A DNA stretch of 64,000 bases from Malacoraja senta (GCA_038087875.1 JAXLNO010000079.1:310001-374000), one strand, 5' to 3'. Positions 12,438 to 26,470 are shown, counted from the stretch's first letter. Notes: generated by a model not told the origin, from the letters alone. Translations and numbers: made by a program.

Positions 12438-12967
12438 TAGGCAAAGTTTCTCTTCGTTTTCCCAATGTGTGTTCTGGAATAGTTCAGTTTGAAAATGTCA
12501 ATGAAATGTTTTTATTGAATATTTATAGGGCAAGGAAGAGAGATTTTCATATAATCTTCCCACAGTCTGTTTCCCCCTTATCCCTGATTATCCAGAACAA
12601 GATTGAATTTTACAGGGTTTTTCAGTGTATTCCAAGACATCATATACCCCATCGTGTAACAAATGTCAAATCCCTTCTGATCTGAACACTGAATAATCTG
12701 ATCTGTCCTAATAGAAGCAATTTCTCCCGATTTGAATTTTTTCCTAATTTTGAATGCCTGGATTTAGTCTCTGCTTCATGCTGAACTAGTTTTGTGGTCT
12801 TTCAAATTACTGCAAAATGGTACTTCTCATTTCAGTCAGTTTTTGACAGAGGAACTGCTAGTGTGGATTGAATGTCGATGAGAGACAGATTAATGTTGCA
12901 GCAGCTATATTTTGACTGCTCCTCTTGGATGATGTTTTCTAAACCAATTGATTTTGTTCTCTTTATG

Positions 12968-13880
12968 ATAGGCAATAGGTGTAGGAGTAGGCCATTCGGC
13001 CCTTCGAGCCAGCACCGCCATTCAATGTGATCATGGCTGATCATCCCCAATCAGTACCCCGTTCCTGCCTTCTCCCCATATCCCTTGAATCCACTATCTT
13101 TAAGAGCTCTATGTAACTCTCTCTTGAAAGCATCCAGAGAATTGGCCTCCACTGCTTTCTGAGGCAGAGAATTCCACAGATTCACAACTCTCTGGGTGAA
13201 AAAGTTTTTCCTCATCTCTGTTCTAAATGGCCTACCACTTATGCTTAAACTGTGGCCCCTGGTTCTGGACTCCCCCAATATTGCGAACATGTTTCCTGCC
13301 TCTAGCGTGTCCAATCCCTTAATAATTTTATATGTTTCAATAAAATTGCCTCTCATCCTTCTAAATTGCAGTGTATACAAGCCCAGTCGCTCCATTCTCT
13401 CAACATACGACAGTCCCGCCATCCAGGGAATTAACCTCGTGAACCTACGCTGCACTCCCTCAATAGCAAGAATGTCCTTCCTCAAATTTGGAGATCAAAA
13501 CTGCACACAATACTCCAGGTGTGGTCTCACCAGGGCCCTGTACAACTGCAGAAGGACCTCTTTGCTCCAATACAACTCCTCTTGTTATGAAGGCCAACAT
13601 GCCATTCGCTTTCTTCACTGCCTACTGTACCTGCATGCTTACTTTCAGTGACTGATGAACAAGGACCCCCAGATCTCGTTGTATTTCCCCTTTTCCCAAC
13701 TTGACACCATTCAGATAATAATCTGCCTTCCTGTTTTTGCCACCAAAGTGGATAACCTCACATTTATCCACATTAAACTGCATCTGCCATGCATCTGCCC
13801 ACTCACCCAACCTGTTCAAGTCACCCTGCATCCTGATAGCATCCTCCTCACAGTTCATCCTCATAGCATCCTCCTCACTT
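12968..13880 (-). mobile_element. 5'-truncated CR1 LINE
   Basis: RT C-terminal motifs (WQMQFNVDKC, RPHLEYC, FFTQRVV) and CR1 3' UTR. Confidence 0.88.
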
Positions 13881-14723
13881 CGAATACACATTGAACTATT
13901 TCAGTAACAAGTGAGGCATTTTTAATCTGGACTGTGCTGTTCTATTGTCACTGCATAATCTATTGTGTTACCCAGAGACCTGTTTTCCTTAGACTGTCAT
14001 TGTATTAATAAACCAACAAACAATCCTCATTTGCTGACCATATACAGATTCACGTATTACAACATTTTCAACAGTATTTTTTATCGATTCACTTTAAATA
14101 AATTATAGTCATTAGCAACTTGCATCACCAAAGGAAACTATACAACACATATCAGTCTGAAGAAGGGTCTCGACCCGAAACGTCACCCGTTCCTTCTCTC
14201 CAGAGATGCTGCCTGTCCCTCTGAGTTACTCCAGCATTTTGTGTCTACCAACATATCCAACGTGTTTTTCTGAAAATGTTAAACTTAATCAGTTTTTGTT
14301 AATCTTTTCCTGTACCCCCCATTCAAATATTTATCAGGATCCCAAAAAAGTTCCAATGGATTTTGTTTCTATCCTTTAAAAATGTTTAGTAATTTCAACA
14401 AAGTAACAGGCCATTAAACACAAGCCATTGAGCACAATTTCAGTGTTTATTCTCCATTCAAGCAAATTGCACTCATTATCTTTGCCCGCTGTGATCTTGT
14501 ATCCCTTTAATTCCTTTTTTCAATCATCTCTGTTTCCAATTTCACTTTGTTTCTCTGGGAACAACAAACATGAAAGGAAATTCCATGTCCCCTCACTATC
14601 CTGTTTCTGAATGAAAATTCAGCACCTTTTCAACTTTAACTACCTGCTAATCAGGAACAATAATGTTTCCATGCTTACTTCAATGATACCTGCATTTTGA
14701 AGCCTGCTACCTTATCTCTCTGA

Positions 14724-16589
14724 AGGTACACAAAAATGCTGGAGAAACTCAGCGGGTGCAGCAGCATCTATGGAGCGAAGGAAATAGGCAACGTTTCGGG
14801 CCGAAACCCTTCTTCAGACTGATAGGGGGTGGGGAGAAGAAAGGAAAAAAGGCGGAGGAGGAGCCCGAGGGCTGGGGGAGGGGAGGAGACAACCAGAGGG
14901 CTGATGAAGGGGAGGGGACAGCAAGGGCTAGCAGAATTGGGAGAATTCAATGTTCAAGCCCCCAGGATGTAGACTGCCCAAGTGGAATATGAGGTGCATT
15001 TCCTCCAATTTCCGGTGTTGCTCGCTGTGGCCATGGAGGAGACCCAGGACAGAGAGGTCAGATACGGAATGGGAGGGGGAGTTGAAGTGCTGAGCCACCG
15101 GGAGGTCAGGTTGGTTATTGCGGACCGACCGGAGGTGTTCGGCGAAACGATCGCCAAGCCTCCGCTTGGTCTCACTGATGTAGATCAGCTGGCATCTAGA
15201 GCAGCGGATGCAATAGATGAGGTTGGAGGAGATGCAGGTGAACCTCTGTCGCACCTGGAACGACTGCTTAGGTCCTTGAATGGAGTCGAGGGGGGAGGTG
15301 AAGGGACAAGTGTTGCATCTCTTGCGGTTGCAAGGGAAAGTACCCGGGGAGGGGGTGGTACGGGAGGGAAGGGAAGAATTGACAAGGGAGTTACGGAGGG
15401 AGCGGTCTTTGCGGAAGGCAGACATGGGGGGAGATGGGAAGATGTGGCGAGTGGTCCACTACAAACCTACCGACTCCCATGGCTATCTGGACTACACTTC
15501 TTCCCTCCCTGCTTCCTGTAAGGACTCCATCCCCCACTCCCAATTCCTCCATCTACGCCGCATCTGCTCCCAGGATGAGGCGTTCCACACCAGGGCATCC
15601 GAAATGTCCTCATTCTTCAGGGAACGGGGGTTCCCCTCCTCCAACATAGATGAGGCTCGCACCAGAGTCTCTGCCATACCCCGCAACACTGCTCTCTCTC
15701 CCCATCCCCCCACTCACAACAAGGGCAGAGTCCCCCTAGTCCTCACCTTTCACCCCACCAGCCGTCACATACAACAAGTGATCCTCCGTCAGTTTCGCCA
15801 CCTCCAACGTGACCCCACCACTCGCCACATCTTCCCATCTCCCCCCATTTTTGCCTTCCGCAAAGACCGCTCCCTCCGTAACTCACTTGTCAATTCTTCC
15901 CTTCCCTCTCGTACCACCCCCTCCCCGGGTACTTTCCCTTGCAACCGCAAGAGATGCAACACTTGTCCCTTCACCTCCCCCCTCGACTCCATTCAAGGAC
16001 CTAAGCAGTCGTTCCAGGTGCGACAGAGGTTCACCTGCATCTCCTCCAACTCATCTATTGCATCCGCTTCTCTAGATGCCAGCTGATCTACATCGGTGAG
16101 ACCAAGCGGAGGCTTGGCGATCTTTTCGCCGAACACCTCCGGTCGGTCCGCAATAACCAACCTGACCTCCCGGTGGCTCAGCACTTCAACTCCCCCTCCC
16201 ATTCCGTATCTGACCTCTCTGTCCTGGGTCTCCTCCATGGCCACAGCGAGCAACACCGGAAATTGGAGGAAATGCACCTCATATTCCGCTTGGGCAGTCT
16301 ACATCCTGGGGGCTTGAACATTGAATTCTCCCAATTCTGCTAGCCCTTGCTGTCCCCTCCCCTTCATCAGCCCTCTGGTTGTTTCCTCCCCTCCCCCAGC
16401 CCTCGGGCTCCTCCTCCGCCTTTTTTCCTTTTTTCCTTTCTTCTCCCCACCCCCTATCAGTCTGAAGAAGGGTTTCAGCCCGAAACGTTGCCTATTTCCT
16501 TTGCTCCATAGATGCTGCTGCACCCGCTGAGTTTCTCCAGTATTTTTGTGTACCTTCGATTTTCCAGCATCTGCAGTTCCTTCTTTAAC
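14724..16589. mobile_element. Penelope-like element, 5'-truncated with inverted partial duplicate
   Basis: 15-bp TSD ACCTTATCTCTCTGA (14709-14723, 16590-16604); RT thumb (YKPTDSHGYL), CNRKRCNTC and GIY-YIG-like LIY..YIG/SET motifs; arms 14724-15455 and 15817-16555 are inverted copies. Confidence 0.9.
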
Positions 16590-17828
16590 ACCTTATCTCT
16601 CTGACCTTCTCTGATCAAATGAACTGCCAAATTCCTCCCGTGTTTATTTTATAATCAGAGCCTCTCCTCATACCTTCATTGGTTTATTTCTTTATTTCCC
16701 ACTGGTCTAATATTCCTTCTAAAGTAGGCATTCAAAACTGATCATAATATTTATTCTGTGGCCAATCTATGAAAATCTAGAATCTTTGTCTTGATACATT
16801 ATGCTGACACATAAATATAAGACTATGTCCTATTTTACACAGCCATATCATTTAGTGTTCCTTTTCAATGCCAGCCTTGGGTAGGAATGCCAATGATCCT
16901 GTATTGTACAGGATTTCTTCCATCTACAAAGAATCTTGGCTGTCCACATGGTTTCTTCTTAGTGGCCAAAGGACAAGCTGGGTTCCCTTGGGTGACAAAC
17001 ATCATGAAACTATAAGAGTGATGTCTAGTAGCAAAGTCATGCCAGAGTCTATGGTAGGGAGGGCCAGGTAAGTGGCTGCTTCGAATGGGGCATGGATACA
17101 CCTCTGTATACACCTCTGGCCATTCAGCAAACCAAATGGTGCTGACGGGAGGCGACAACAAAGAGCAGCTGCCATGTGAGAGTTATATGCATATGGACCA
17201 GGAACAGGCCCTTTGGCCCAACTTGGCCATGCTGTCCAAGATCCCCCATCCACACTATTCCAGAGAATGTTGAGAGATATCTTTAACCCATAGAGCTCAA
17301 CAAGGGAGTGGGATTCTGGCCAAACTTGGCAGAATAAAGCAGTCAAATCCCTGCTGCCATACAAACAACCTGCAGTTAGAAAACCACTTCAGTACTGGCA
17401 TGTGTAGAGTAGCCACCCATGGACCTTTGAGACATCTGGCCCGTGTGAAGAAAGAAACATCCAGGTAAGACCCCAACATCACGAGCTCTGCCCATAAGCC
17501 TATGCTTGGGATACATTATTCACCTGTTGCTATTTGGTGTGGGTGTAGGAAGTATAATCCAAATATATATCTTATTTAGCAAATTGATATAATATTATGT
17601 ATATATTTGCACTGAACAATTCGCACATAAAACCTTCAAAGTTATGTTTTGCCCATTTTTAGCAGGTACAGGTAAATATTAAGCCTCCATTCATGAGTCT
17701 AGGTGAGGAAATCACCAGTCCCAGCATTGAGATATTATTCAGTCATCTGTTTATGTTTCTTTGCTGAGAACCATTGTTGAGGCAAATTATTTCCTCTTAA
17801 TGAATGAAAGGGACACTCATGATGAGCA

Positions 17829-18011
17829 GGTAGACAAAAATGCTGGAGAAACTCAGCGGGTGAGGCAGCATCTATGGAGCGAAGGAATAGGTGACGTTTC
17901 GGCCCGAAACGTTGCTTATTTGCTTCGCTCCATAGATGCTGCCTCACCCGCTGAGTTTCTCCAGCACTTTAGTGTTCCTTCGATTTTCCAGCATCTCCAG
18001 TTCCTTCTTAA
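17829..18011. mobile_element. Penelope pLTR-derived fold-back insertion
   Basis: TSD ACACTCATGATGAGCA (17813-17828, 18012-18027); near-palindromic body centred on CGTTTCGGCCCGAAACG. Confidence 0.8.
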
Positions 18012-18324
18012 ACACTCATGATGAGCAACTAGTTTAAAATCCAAATGCTTTGCTTGCCTTTCCTTTACTTATGACCTTTTAGTTCTTGATTCCAACAAGC
18101 TTTTCACTGTAACCCAGTACACGTGACAGTAAACTAAAATGATCTCATTGTTCACTTTATATCCATGATCTCTTGAGCTACTACTTCTCAGGAATTCCTT
18201 CTGTGTGTCTGTTCTACTTTTATTTGGAACTATTGACTTAATTGAAGTCCTCTTCCCCCGCTCACACCTGCAGGACCACCATTCTCTTGCTTTATTGTCT
18301 GAAGCAGTAAGGCCTTCTGCCTGT

Positions 18325-19591
18325 CCCACAGCTAGTGCTGTACCCTCTACATCGAGCTGGTGCTGTACCCTCTACATCGAGCTGGTGCTGTACCCTCTAC
18401 ATCGAGTAGTATAATGGCCCCACAGCTGGTGCTGTACCCTCTATATCGAGTAATGGCTCCACAACTGGTGCTGTACCCTCTACATTGAGTAATGGCTCCA
18501 CAGCTGGTGCTGTACCCTCTACATTGAGCTGGTGCTGTACCCTCTACATCGAGCTGGTGCTGTACCCTCTACATCGAGTAGTATAATGGCCCCACAGCTG
18601 GTGCTGTACCCTCTATATCGAGTAATGGCTCCACAACTGGTGCTGTACCCTCTACATTGAGTAATGGCTCCACAGCTGGTGCTGTACCCTCTACATTGAG
18701 CTGGTGCTGTACCCTCTACATTAAGTAGTATAATGGCCCCACAGCTGGTGCTGTACCCTCTATATCGAGTAATGGCTCCACAACTGGTGCTGTACCCTCT
18801 ACATTGAGTAATGGCTCCACAGCTGGTGCTGTACCCTCTACATTGAGCTGGTGCTGTACCCTCTACATCGAGCTGGTGCTGTACCCTCTACATCGAGTAG
18901 TATAATGGCCCCACAGCTGGTGCTGTACCCTCTATATCGAGTAATGGCTCCACAACTGGTGCTGTACCCTCTACATTGAGTAATGGCTCCACAGCTGGTG
19001 CTGTACCCTCTACATTGAGCTGGTGCTGTACCCTCTACATTAAGTAGTATAATGGCCCCACAGCTGGTGCTGTACCCTCTATATCGAGTAATGGCTCCAC
19101 AACTGGTGCTGTGCCCTCTACATTGAGTAATGGCTCCACAGCTGGTGCTGTACCCTCTACATTGAGCTGGTGCTGTACCCTCTACATCGAGTAGTATAAT
19201 GGCCCCACAGCTGGTGCTGTACCCTCTATATCGAGTAATGGCCCCACAGCTGGTGCTGTACCCTCTATATCGAGTAATGGCTCCACAACTGGTGCTGTAC
19301 CCTCTATATCGAGTAATGGCTCCACAGCTGGTGCTGTACCCTCTATATCGAGTAATGGCTCCACAACTGGTGCTGTATCCTCTACATTGAGTAATGGCTC
19401 CACAACTGGTGCTGTACCCTCTACATCGAGCTGGTGCTGTACCCTCTACATCGAGTAATGGCTCCACAACTGGTGCTGTACCCTCTATATCGAGTAATGG
19501 CTCCACAGCTGGTGCTGTACCCTCTATATCGAGTAATGGCTCCACAGCTGGTGCTGTACCCTCTGCATCGAGTAGTATAATGGCCCCACAG
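18325..19591. repeat. Minisatellite: 25-bp core with 0/14/19-bp linkers and higher-order periodicity
   Basis: Core GCTGGTGCTGTACCCTCTAYATYGA; units of 25, 39 and 44 bp; the 19-bp linker starts at 18406, 18578, 18725, 18897, 19044, 19191 and 19572. Confidence 0.95.
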
Positions 19592-20711
19592 TTTTAACCA
19601 AATAGAATCTTTGCACCCTCACTCCCATTTCTCCCTTGCCCCCTGTCACACCAACCCTCTCAGCAATAACCATAATGGAACTAAGTAACCATTAAAAATA
19701 AGCATTTGTTTATCTGAAATAACCACGGGGCAAATAATAATCATTTCAAAAATCAGAAATGTATTTTTATTAGCACTGCAATTTACAGCACATGAAACTG
19801 CCTGCCACGTACAGTGACAGCATGATGGATACCAGTTTTATTGCTGAGCCAGGTTTTACTAAATTGCATTTGTTTAAAATGCCTTTCATCATGAAGCTGA
19901 CATTTGATAACTTAGATTTATATCTATTCACAAATCAAGTATTTTTGCTATGCATATATAATTCAGAAAATTACATTGATGGTGGTCATTCTGACTGGAC
20001 AAAGTTCTCTCCAAGGCTGACCACAGTATGAAGAAGAGTTTCCACCCGAAACGTCACTCATTCCTTCTCTCCAGACATGCTGCCTGACCGCTGAGTTACT
20101 CCAGCACTTTGTGTCTATCTTCAGTGTAAACCCAGCATCTGCAGTTCCTTCCTACACAGACAATAGGTAATTCAGCTTCCAGGACCTTTTTAGTTGACAA
20201 ACATTCAGTGTGTGGTTGGGAGACTGAGGTTGTTGAGGTTTGGGTGGGAGGTGCAAATCTTGAAGATTAAACACTCATCATTGATTTAGGAACTTGAGTA
20301 ACAGACATTCAGAGAACCTAAATTTAAGCCTGTGTTGAACATTTACCACCATTGTATAAAAAAGCAACAAATTATGTTGCAAGTTTGGCCAATATATTGA
20401 AACTCTGCTGTTGTCAGTTCTGTGCCTGCAGCAGCCGGTAAATATGACCATTAATCACCAGGACACGACAGGTAATCCAACGACAGCCAGGAGGAAGCAG
20501 CACAAGTTTTCTCATTTATTATAAAACTTTGCATCATTCCAAAAGTATTTATTAGATTGTCTGTTGTATTCATATAAAATGACTGGTGTGATTTTAGTTT
20601 GCATTGTATTCGTAGTCAAAAGATGTTTGTCATTATCAGTATTTGGATAAATAACAGTATGTATCAAAGCAAGTGAAATGAACTTAAATGCCCCACTGTT
20701 CTGCTTTCCAG

Positions 20712-20858
20712 ATGAAATGCCGTCTGATCCTCTCCAAACACAGTATGATTCCTGGTTAAGTCTGGTTGATGCACTGAATGTTAAATCATTTGTCAGCCTT
20801 ACTCTCTCTGACTCAGTCCGTCATGGAGTTCAGCATCTTTTATTCATCTCTGGTCTAG
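20712..20858 (+). CDS. SLC12A9: SLC12A9-like coding exon (DEMPSDPL..LLFISGLG)
   Basis: ctttccAG ends 20711, GT at 20859; 147 bp, phase 1/1. Confidence 0.88.
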
Positions 20859-20991
20859 GTAAATAACAAAAGTATCACCTCATTTTAAATAATGTCCATT
20901 GGAATTGTATTTACTTGTGGGTGATCAGTTAAGACAAATGTATTTTCATCTGCATTCAGTAAGTTGCTGTCCTTGCTGTTGTGTTTTGCAG

Positions 20992-21833
20992 GTGGAATGA
21001 GACCCAATACCCTAATCCTGGGATTCTACGATGACTCTGTTCCTGAGGATTGTCTGCAGCAAATCCCAGCTTTTTCAGAAAGTAATCTTTCAATCAACAG
21101 TGATCAAGGTTCCAGCTTTGTGCCTCATTTCCCTCCAGCCAGACATCATTCCTCTGCCAAGGCGCTGTCAGGCAGGGATTATGTTGGCATTATCTCCGAT
21201 TCCATCAAAATGTTAAAAAATGTTTGCTTAGCCCGATACTTCAACCAGCTAAACAAAGCTGACCTGTTCAGTCGGAAGAACTATGAGGTCTCCATAGATG
21301 TGTGGCCACTCAATCCACTCCGTCCAGACAGCGCCAGTTATGTAGATACATGCAGCCTGTTCCTGTTACAAATGGCGTGCATTCTCAACATGGTGCGTAC
21401 CTGGAGGTCAGCCAGGCTGCGCATCTTTCTGTGTGTGGAATCTGGGAACAGTGCTGGGGAGCACGAGAAGAAACTGAAACAACTTCTAGGTCAGCTTCGC
21501 ATCAAAGGTTCAATTAAAACTCTCCATTGGGATAGTGTTGCTGCTCTACACTGGCACAAGCAGGTGCCTGACCACAGTAATAACGAAGGGAACTTTGTCA
21601 ATAATTTCCCTTCAAATGCAATGAAAATCTCTAACGACTATTTGATAGCTGTAAATAGGATGATTCTGGAGCAGGACACCCACCCAGCAATCCGCTTCCT
21701 CTATCTGCCACGACCACCAGCAGACCTTGCTCTGCATGAAAGGTATCTGGAGCAGCTGGAGATCTTGACCAGAGACCTAGGACCTACGCTGCTAATTCAT
21801 GGAATTAGTGCAGTCACCAGTTTTGATATTTAG
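20992..21833 (+). CDS. SLC12A9: SLC12A9-like terminal coding exon (GGMRPNTLILGFY..IDVWP..FLYLPRPP..GPTLLIHG..TSFDI*)
   Basis: ttttgcAG ends 20991; stop TAG 21831-21833; SLC12 C-terminal cytoplasmic domain motifs. Confidence 0.92.
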
Positions 21834-22338
21834 ATAGTGCACTTTAAACCATTGGCTGCGTAGTTGTTAGTATGTTGCTAGGTTGTTAGTAAAGATGCAA
21901 GGTTGGGAAAAGCTCCAATTGGACAGTAGATCACATTTTTTTAACCAAAATAGAAAGGTTGGGGTCGTTGGCTCTGCGACTTGTAGTCCTTTAGTTGCTC
22001 CTGATCTTTCTACTTTGAAAATTAAGCAGCGATGTTCCCCCGAGTCTATCCACACATTCAGCACTTCAATCTGATAAAGTCTCACGGGAAGTTGAATTAT
22101 TCTGCAAAAAGGCTTTTAAAGCTTGCATCACTAGACAATAGGTGCAGGAGTAGGCCATTCGGCCCTTCGAGCCAGCACCCCCATTCAATGTGATCATGGC
22201 TGATCATTCTGCTTCTATAACATGCAATGAAAATAGTTATGAATACTAAGGGTTCACAACCAGCTTCCTCTGTTAGGTATGATCATAGAAATCAGTGATA
22301 CTCTATTTCAGCAGCAATAATGCAATATTATTAGTCAG

Positions 22339-22642
22339 ATTTAGTTTAGTTTAGAGATGCAGCTTGGAAACAGGCCCTTTGGCCCACTGAGTCCACACTG
22401 ACCATCAATCAACAGTTCACAATAGTTCTATGTTATCCCACTTTCTCATCCACTCCCTACACCCTAGGGCCAATTAGCCTACAAACCTGCATGTCTTTGG
22501 TATGTGGGAGGAAGCCGGAGCACCCAGAGGATACCCACACGTTCACAGGGAGAATGTGCAAACTCCACACAGACAGCACCCAAGGCCAGATTTGAAACCG
22601 GGTCCCAGGTGCCACAAGGCCACACCTCTACCAGCTGAGCCA
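22339..22642 (-). mobile_element. tRNA-derived V-SINE/HE1-like SINE
   Basis: Minus strand: tRNA-like head, V-SINE-like core (TGTGTGGAGTTTGCACATTCTCCCTG..GGGTGCTCCGGCTTCCTCCCACA), CR1-like tail and (AAACT)n end. Confidence 0.7.
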
Positions 22643-23963
22643 ATGTTGATTCTGAATTTTTCTTTTTTCCCCCATGGTTTGTGGTTGCCTCAAGCAACTT
22701 CTGGTTTGATTTTGGGTTTTCTTGGGTGTGCCAAAATGGTGATCGTGGAAATTATTATATTAAGATCAAATAAAAATTGATCATAAGACTCAAGGAACTG
22801 CAGATGCTAGAATCTTGAGCAGAACACAAAGTGCTGGAGTAACTCAACGGGTCAGGCAGCATCTGTGAAGGGACTTGACAGGTGACGTTTTGAGTGTAAA
22901 TTGTGTGGTTGAAGTCAAGCTGTGCAAAGTCCCGGGTGTCCCACCTATGGAACCAGGGAGCTGGTGCAAAAGGAATAATCCCTTGTCGGAGAGAAGGGTC
23001 TTGACCCAATACGTCACCCATTCCTGCTCTCCAGAGATGCTGCCTGTCCCGTTGAGTTACTTCAGCACTTTGTGTCTATTTTAGGAATAATCTGTCTCTA
23101 GCTGGGCAGTCTGTTCGGAAGAGGCATTAATTGAAGATCATAGCTGAGATTTGAAACTTCTAATTCGGGAAGTAAATTGGACATGGACTGCTCTGCGAAA
23201 GGGAATAATTGAGCGCCAGATCATTGCATATTTTAATAAACGGGTGGATAAATCTTTGAAGCTGAGTGAGTTTACTGGAAAGAGCAGATTAGTTGCTTAG
23301 TTTTGGATTGTTCTGGCAAAAGTTAGGGGTCTATTGAATGGTATCTAATGGTGCTGTGACCTCTGGAATGAATTGAGAAATTACTGCCAACTATTTCTGT
23401 CATCCTGTGGTGATATATTACTTGACCTTAAATTTCACAAGCTTTTAGAACCAAAATAACTTGGCTTGTTTAAACTGAAGAGGACTGTATGTGTATGTGT
23501 TGGTGAATCGGGCTGTTTCTGTCAAAGGGAAAGCGGAGCAGTGGCGGTGTTGCTTGTAGTTGGCGCTGGTAACAAACACTAATCTTCATGACATTGCCAA
23601 CTCCCACTGGAGGATAATAGATTCTCTCTCAACCCGAACATGGAACAGTAGAAAAAAATTCCATTAACTACCAGAATCTCATAACCAAGTGTTAAAATAT
23701 AGTCTTTCTTGAAATAATAGTCTAGACTGTCACTTTCAACAAAGCGATATTGCTCAGTATAATAAAAGTGCTTTTTTCATGGAAAAACTCCTTGCCTGCG
23801 CTGTGCTTAGTTCCGAGAGCTTGCATTTGATATTTTTGAAAATCTTTTTTAAATACTGTGTGTATTTGGAAACAGCTGAAGTGACAAATTCAGATTAGTT
23901 TATTCTCCTATCCACCTATGCCAGCTTTACATAAATAACCTGTGAGGTACTGAGTCCAAAATA

Positions 23964-25440
23964 CAGTGCCCTCCATAATGTTTGGAACAAAGGTCCATCA
24001 CTTATTTATTTGCCTCTGTACTCCGCAATTTCAGATTTGTAATAGAAAAAAATCACATGTGGTTAAAGTGCACATTGTCAGATTTTATTAAAGGCCATTT
24101 TTATACATTTTGGTTTCACCATGTAGAAATTACAGCAGTGTTTATACATAGTCGTCCCCCCCCCCCCCCCCCATTGCAGGGCACCATAATGTTTGGGACA
24201 CATGGCTTCACAGTGTTTGTAATTACTCAGGTGTGTTTAAATGCCTCCTTAATGCAGGTATAAGAGAGCTCTCAGCATCTAGTCTTTCCTCCAGTTTTTC
24301 CATCACCTTTGGAAACTTTTATTGCTGTTTATCAACATGAGGACCAAAGTTGTGCCAATGCAAGCCAAAGAAGCCATTATGAGACTGAGAAACAAGAATA
24401 AAACTGTTGGAGATACCAGCCAAACCTTAGGCTTACCAAAATCAACTGTTTGGAACATCATTTAGAAGAAAGAGAGCACTAGTGAGCTTACTAATTGCAA
24501 AGGGACTGGCTGGCCAAGGAAGACCTCCACAGCTGATGACAGAAGAATTCTCTCTGTAATAAAGAAAAATCCCCAAACACCTGTCTGACAGATCAGAAAC
24601 AGGAGGAGTCTTGAGGAGTCAGGTGTGGATTTGTCAATGACCACTGTCCGCAGAAGACTTCATGAACAGAAATACAGAGGCTACACTGCAAGATGCAAAG
24701 CACTGGTTAGCCGCTAAAATAGGTTGGCCAAGTTACAGTTTGCCAAGAAGTACTTAAAAGAGCATCCACAGTTCTGGAAAAAGGTCTTGTGGACAGATGA
24801 GATGAAGATTAACTTATATGAGAGTGATGGCAAGAGCAAAGAATGAAAGAGAGAAGGAACTGCCCAAGATCCAAAGCATACCACCTCATCTGTGAAACAC
24901 GGTGGTGGGGGTGTTATGTCCTGGGCATGTATGGCTGCTGAAGGTACTGGCTCACTTATCTTCATTGATGATACAACTGCTGATGGTAGTAACATAATGA
25001 ATTCTGAATTGTATAGACACATCCTATCTGCTCAAGTTCAAACAAATGCCTCAAAACCCAGCAGTTCATTCTGCACCAAGACAATTATCCCAAACATACT
25101 GCTAAAGCAACAAAGGAGTTTTTCAAAGCTAAAAAAATTGTGATTTCTTGAGTGGCCAAGTCAATCACCCGATCTGAACCAAATTGAGCATGCCTTTTAT
25201 ATGCTGAAGAGAAATCTGAAGGGGACTAGCTCCCAAAACAAGCATAAGCTAAAGATGGCTGCAATACAGGCCTGGCAGAGCATCACCAGAGAAGACACCC
25301 AGCAACTGGTGATGTCCATGAATCGCAGACTTCAAACAGTCATTGCATGCAAAGGATATGCAACAAAATACTAAACATGACTACTTTCATTTACATGACA
25401 TTGCTGTGTCTCAAACATTATGGTGCCTTGAAATGGGGGG
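23964..25440 (+). mobile_element. Degenerate Tc1 transposon (second family), right TIR truncated
   Basis: TA|CAGTGCCCTCCATAATGTTTGG left end; transposase remnant ~24337-25374 (WTDE, VKHGGG, SPDLNQIE) with several stops; only the inner part of the right TIR remains (~25411-25440). Confidence 0.85.
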
Positions 25441-25984
25441 ACTTTTCGAGGGGAAATGTACAAATATCATCTTTAAAACTATCTGACATAGCTTGTTAAA
25501 AATGTGAAGATTAAGGATTCTTGTTGAAGAGAGAATGCATTTAGTATTTTGTTGTATCCCATCATTATTAAACAGGAGGCCCTTAACACATTAACTTTAA
25601 TCAGTTGCCAACAGTGCCTGTCATTCGGATACTAATGTAAAAGACGATTAAGAATTAATGCTAATGTCACCGTACAAGTTATTGATCGTGATCTTTGCCT
25701 CAGGTTATCTTGTTTGGTTTCAAAGTTGTGTACATGTTAATAATGTACTGGGATATTATACTGAAGCAGCCACTCTGTGGTAAGAATTTTTTAATTGTCT
25801 TTTTTGTAGCATCATAATTCAACATTTTATTACCTTTTAATATTCTGTGACAGTCTGGGAATCTTATCAAAATTTGAATTTAAATTCTGAAATCTGAAAT
25901 CTCTGAATTTAAGAAGTGTTAAATGTCAGCAGGTTACGTACCAAAACCCAAGCCCACCTCACACTTAATAACGAAGCTTAATAT

Positions 25985-26470
25985 TACGAGGATGTTGTCA
26001 GGACTCGAGGGCCTGAGCTACAGGAGAGGTTGGGCAGACTAGGATTTTATTCCTTGGAGCGCAGGAGGATGAGGGGTGATCTTATAGAGATGCATAAAAT
26101 CACGAGGGGAATTGATACGGTGAATGCATGGAGACAGGTCAACATGCAACAAAAGCTTTTCATTACACCTCGGTACACGTGACAATAAACTAGACTCTTA
26201 CCCAGTAGGAGAATAAAAGGAAAGGGCATACATTTAAACTGAGATTGGTAAGATTTAATAGGAACCTGAGGTGCAACCTATTCAGCAAGAGGGTGGTGGG
26301 TATATGGAACGGGCTGAGGTTGGTACTATCACTGCACTTTAAAGACATTTGGACAGGTACTTGGATAGGAAAGATTCAGAGGGATATCGGCCAAACACTG
26401 GCAAATAGGATTAGTTTAGATGGGGCATCTTGGTCGGTCTGGGTGAGTTGGGCTGAAGGGCCTTTTTCCT
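25985..26470 (+). mobile_element. Degenerate CR1 3' fragment
   Basis: Eroded ..YRERLGRL..LERRRMRGDL.. and CR1 3' UTR. Confidence 0.6.

Noticed and set aside
18325..19591. CRISPR-like array (constant 25-bp repeat with spacers)
   Set aside because: The spacers are just two recurring linkers or none, there are no cas genes, and it lies in a vertebrate intron; it is a minisatellite. ORFs 18838-19597 are repeat artefacts.
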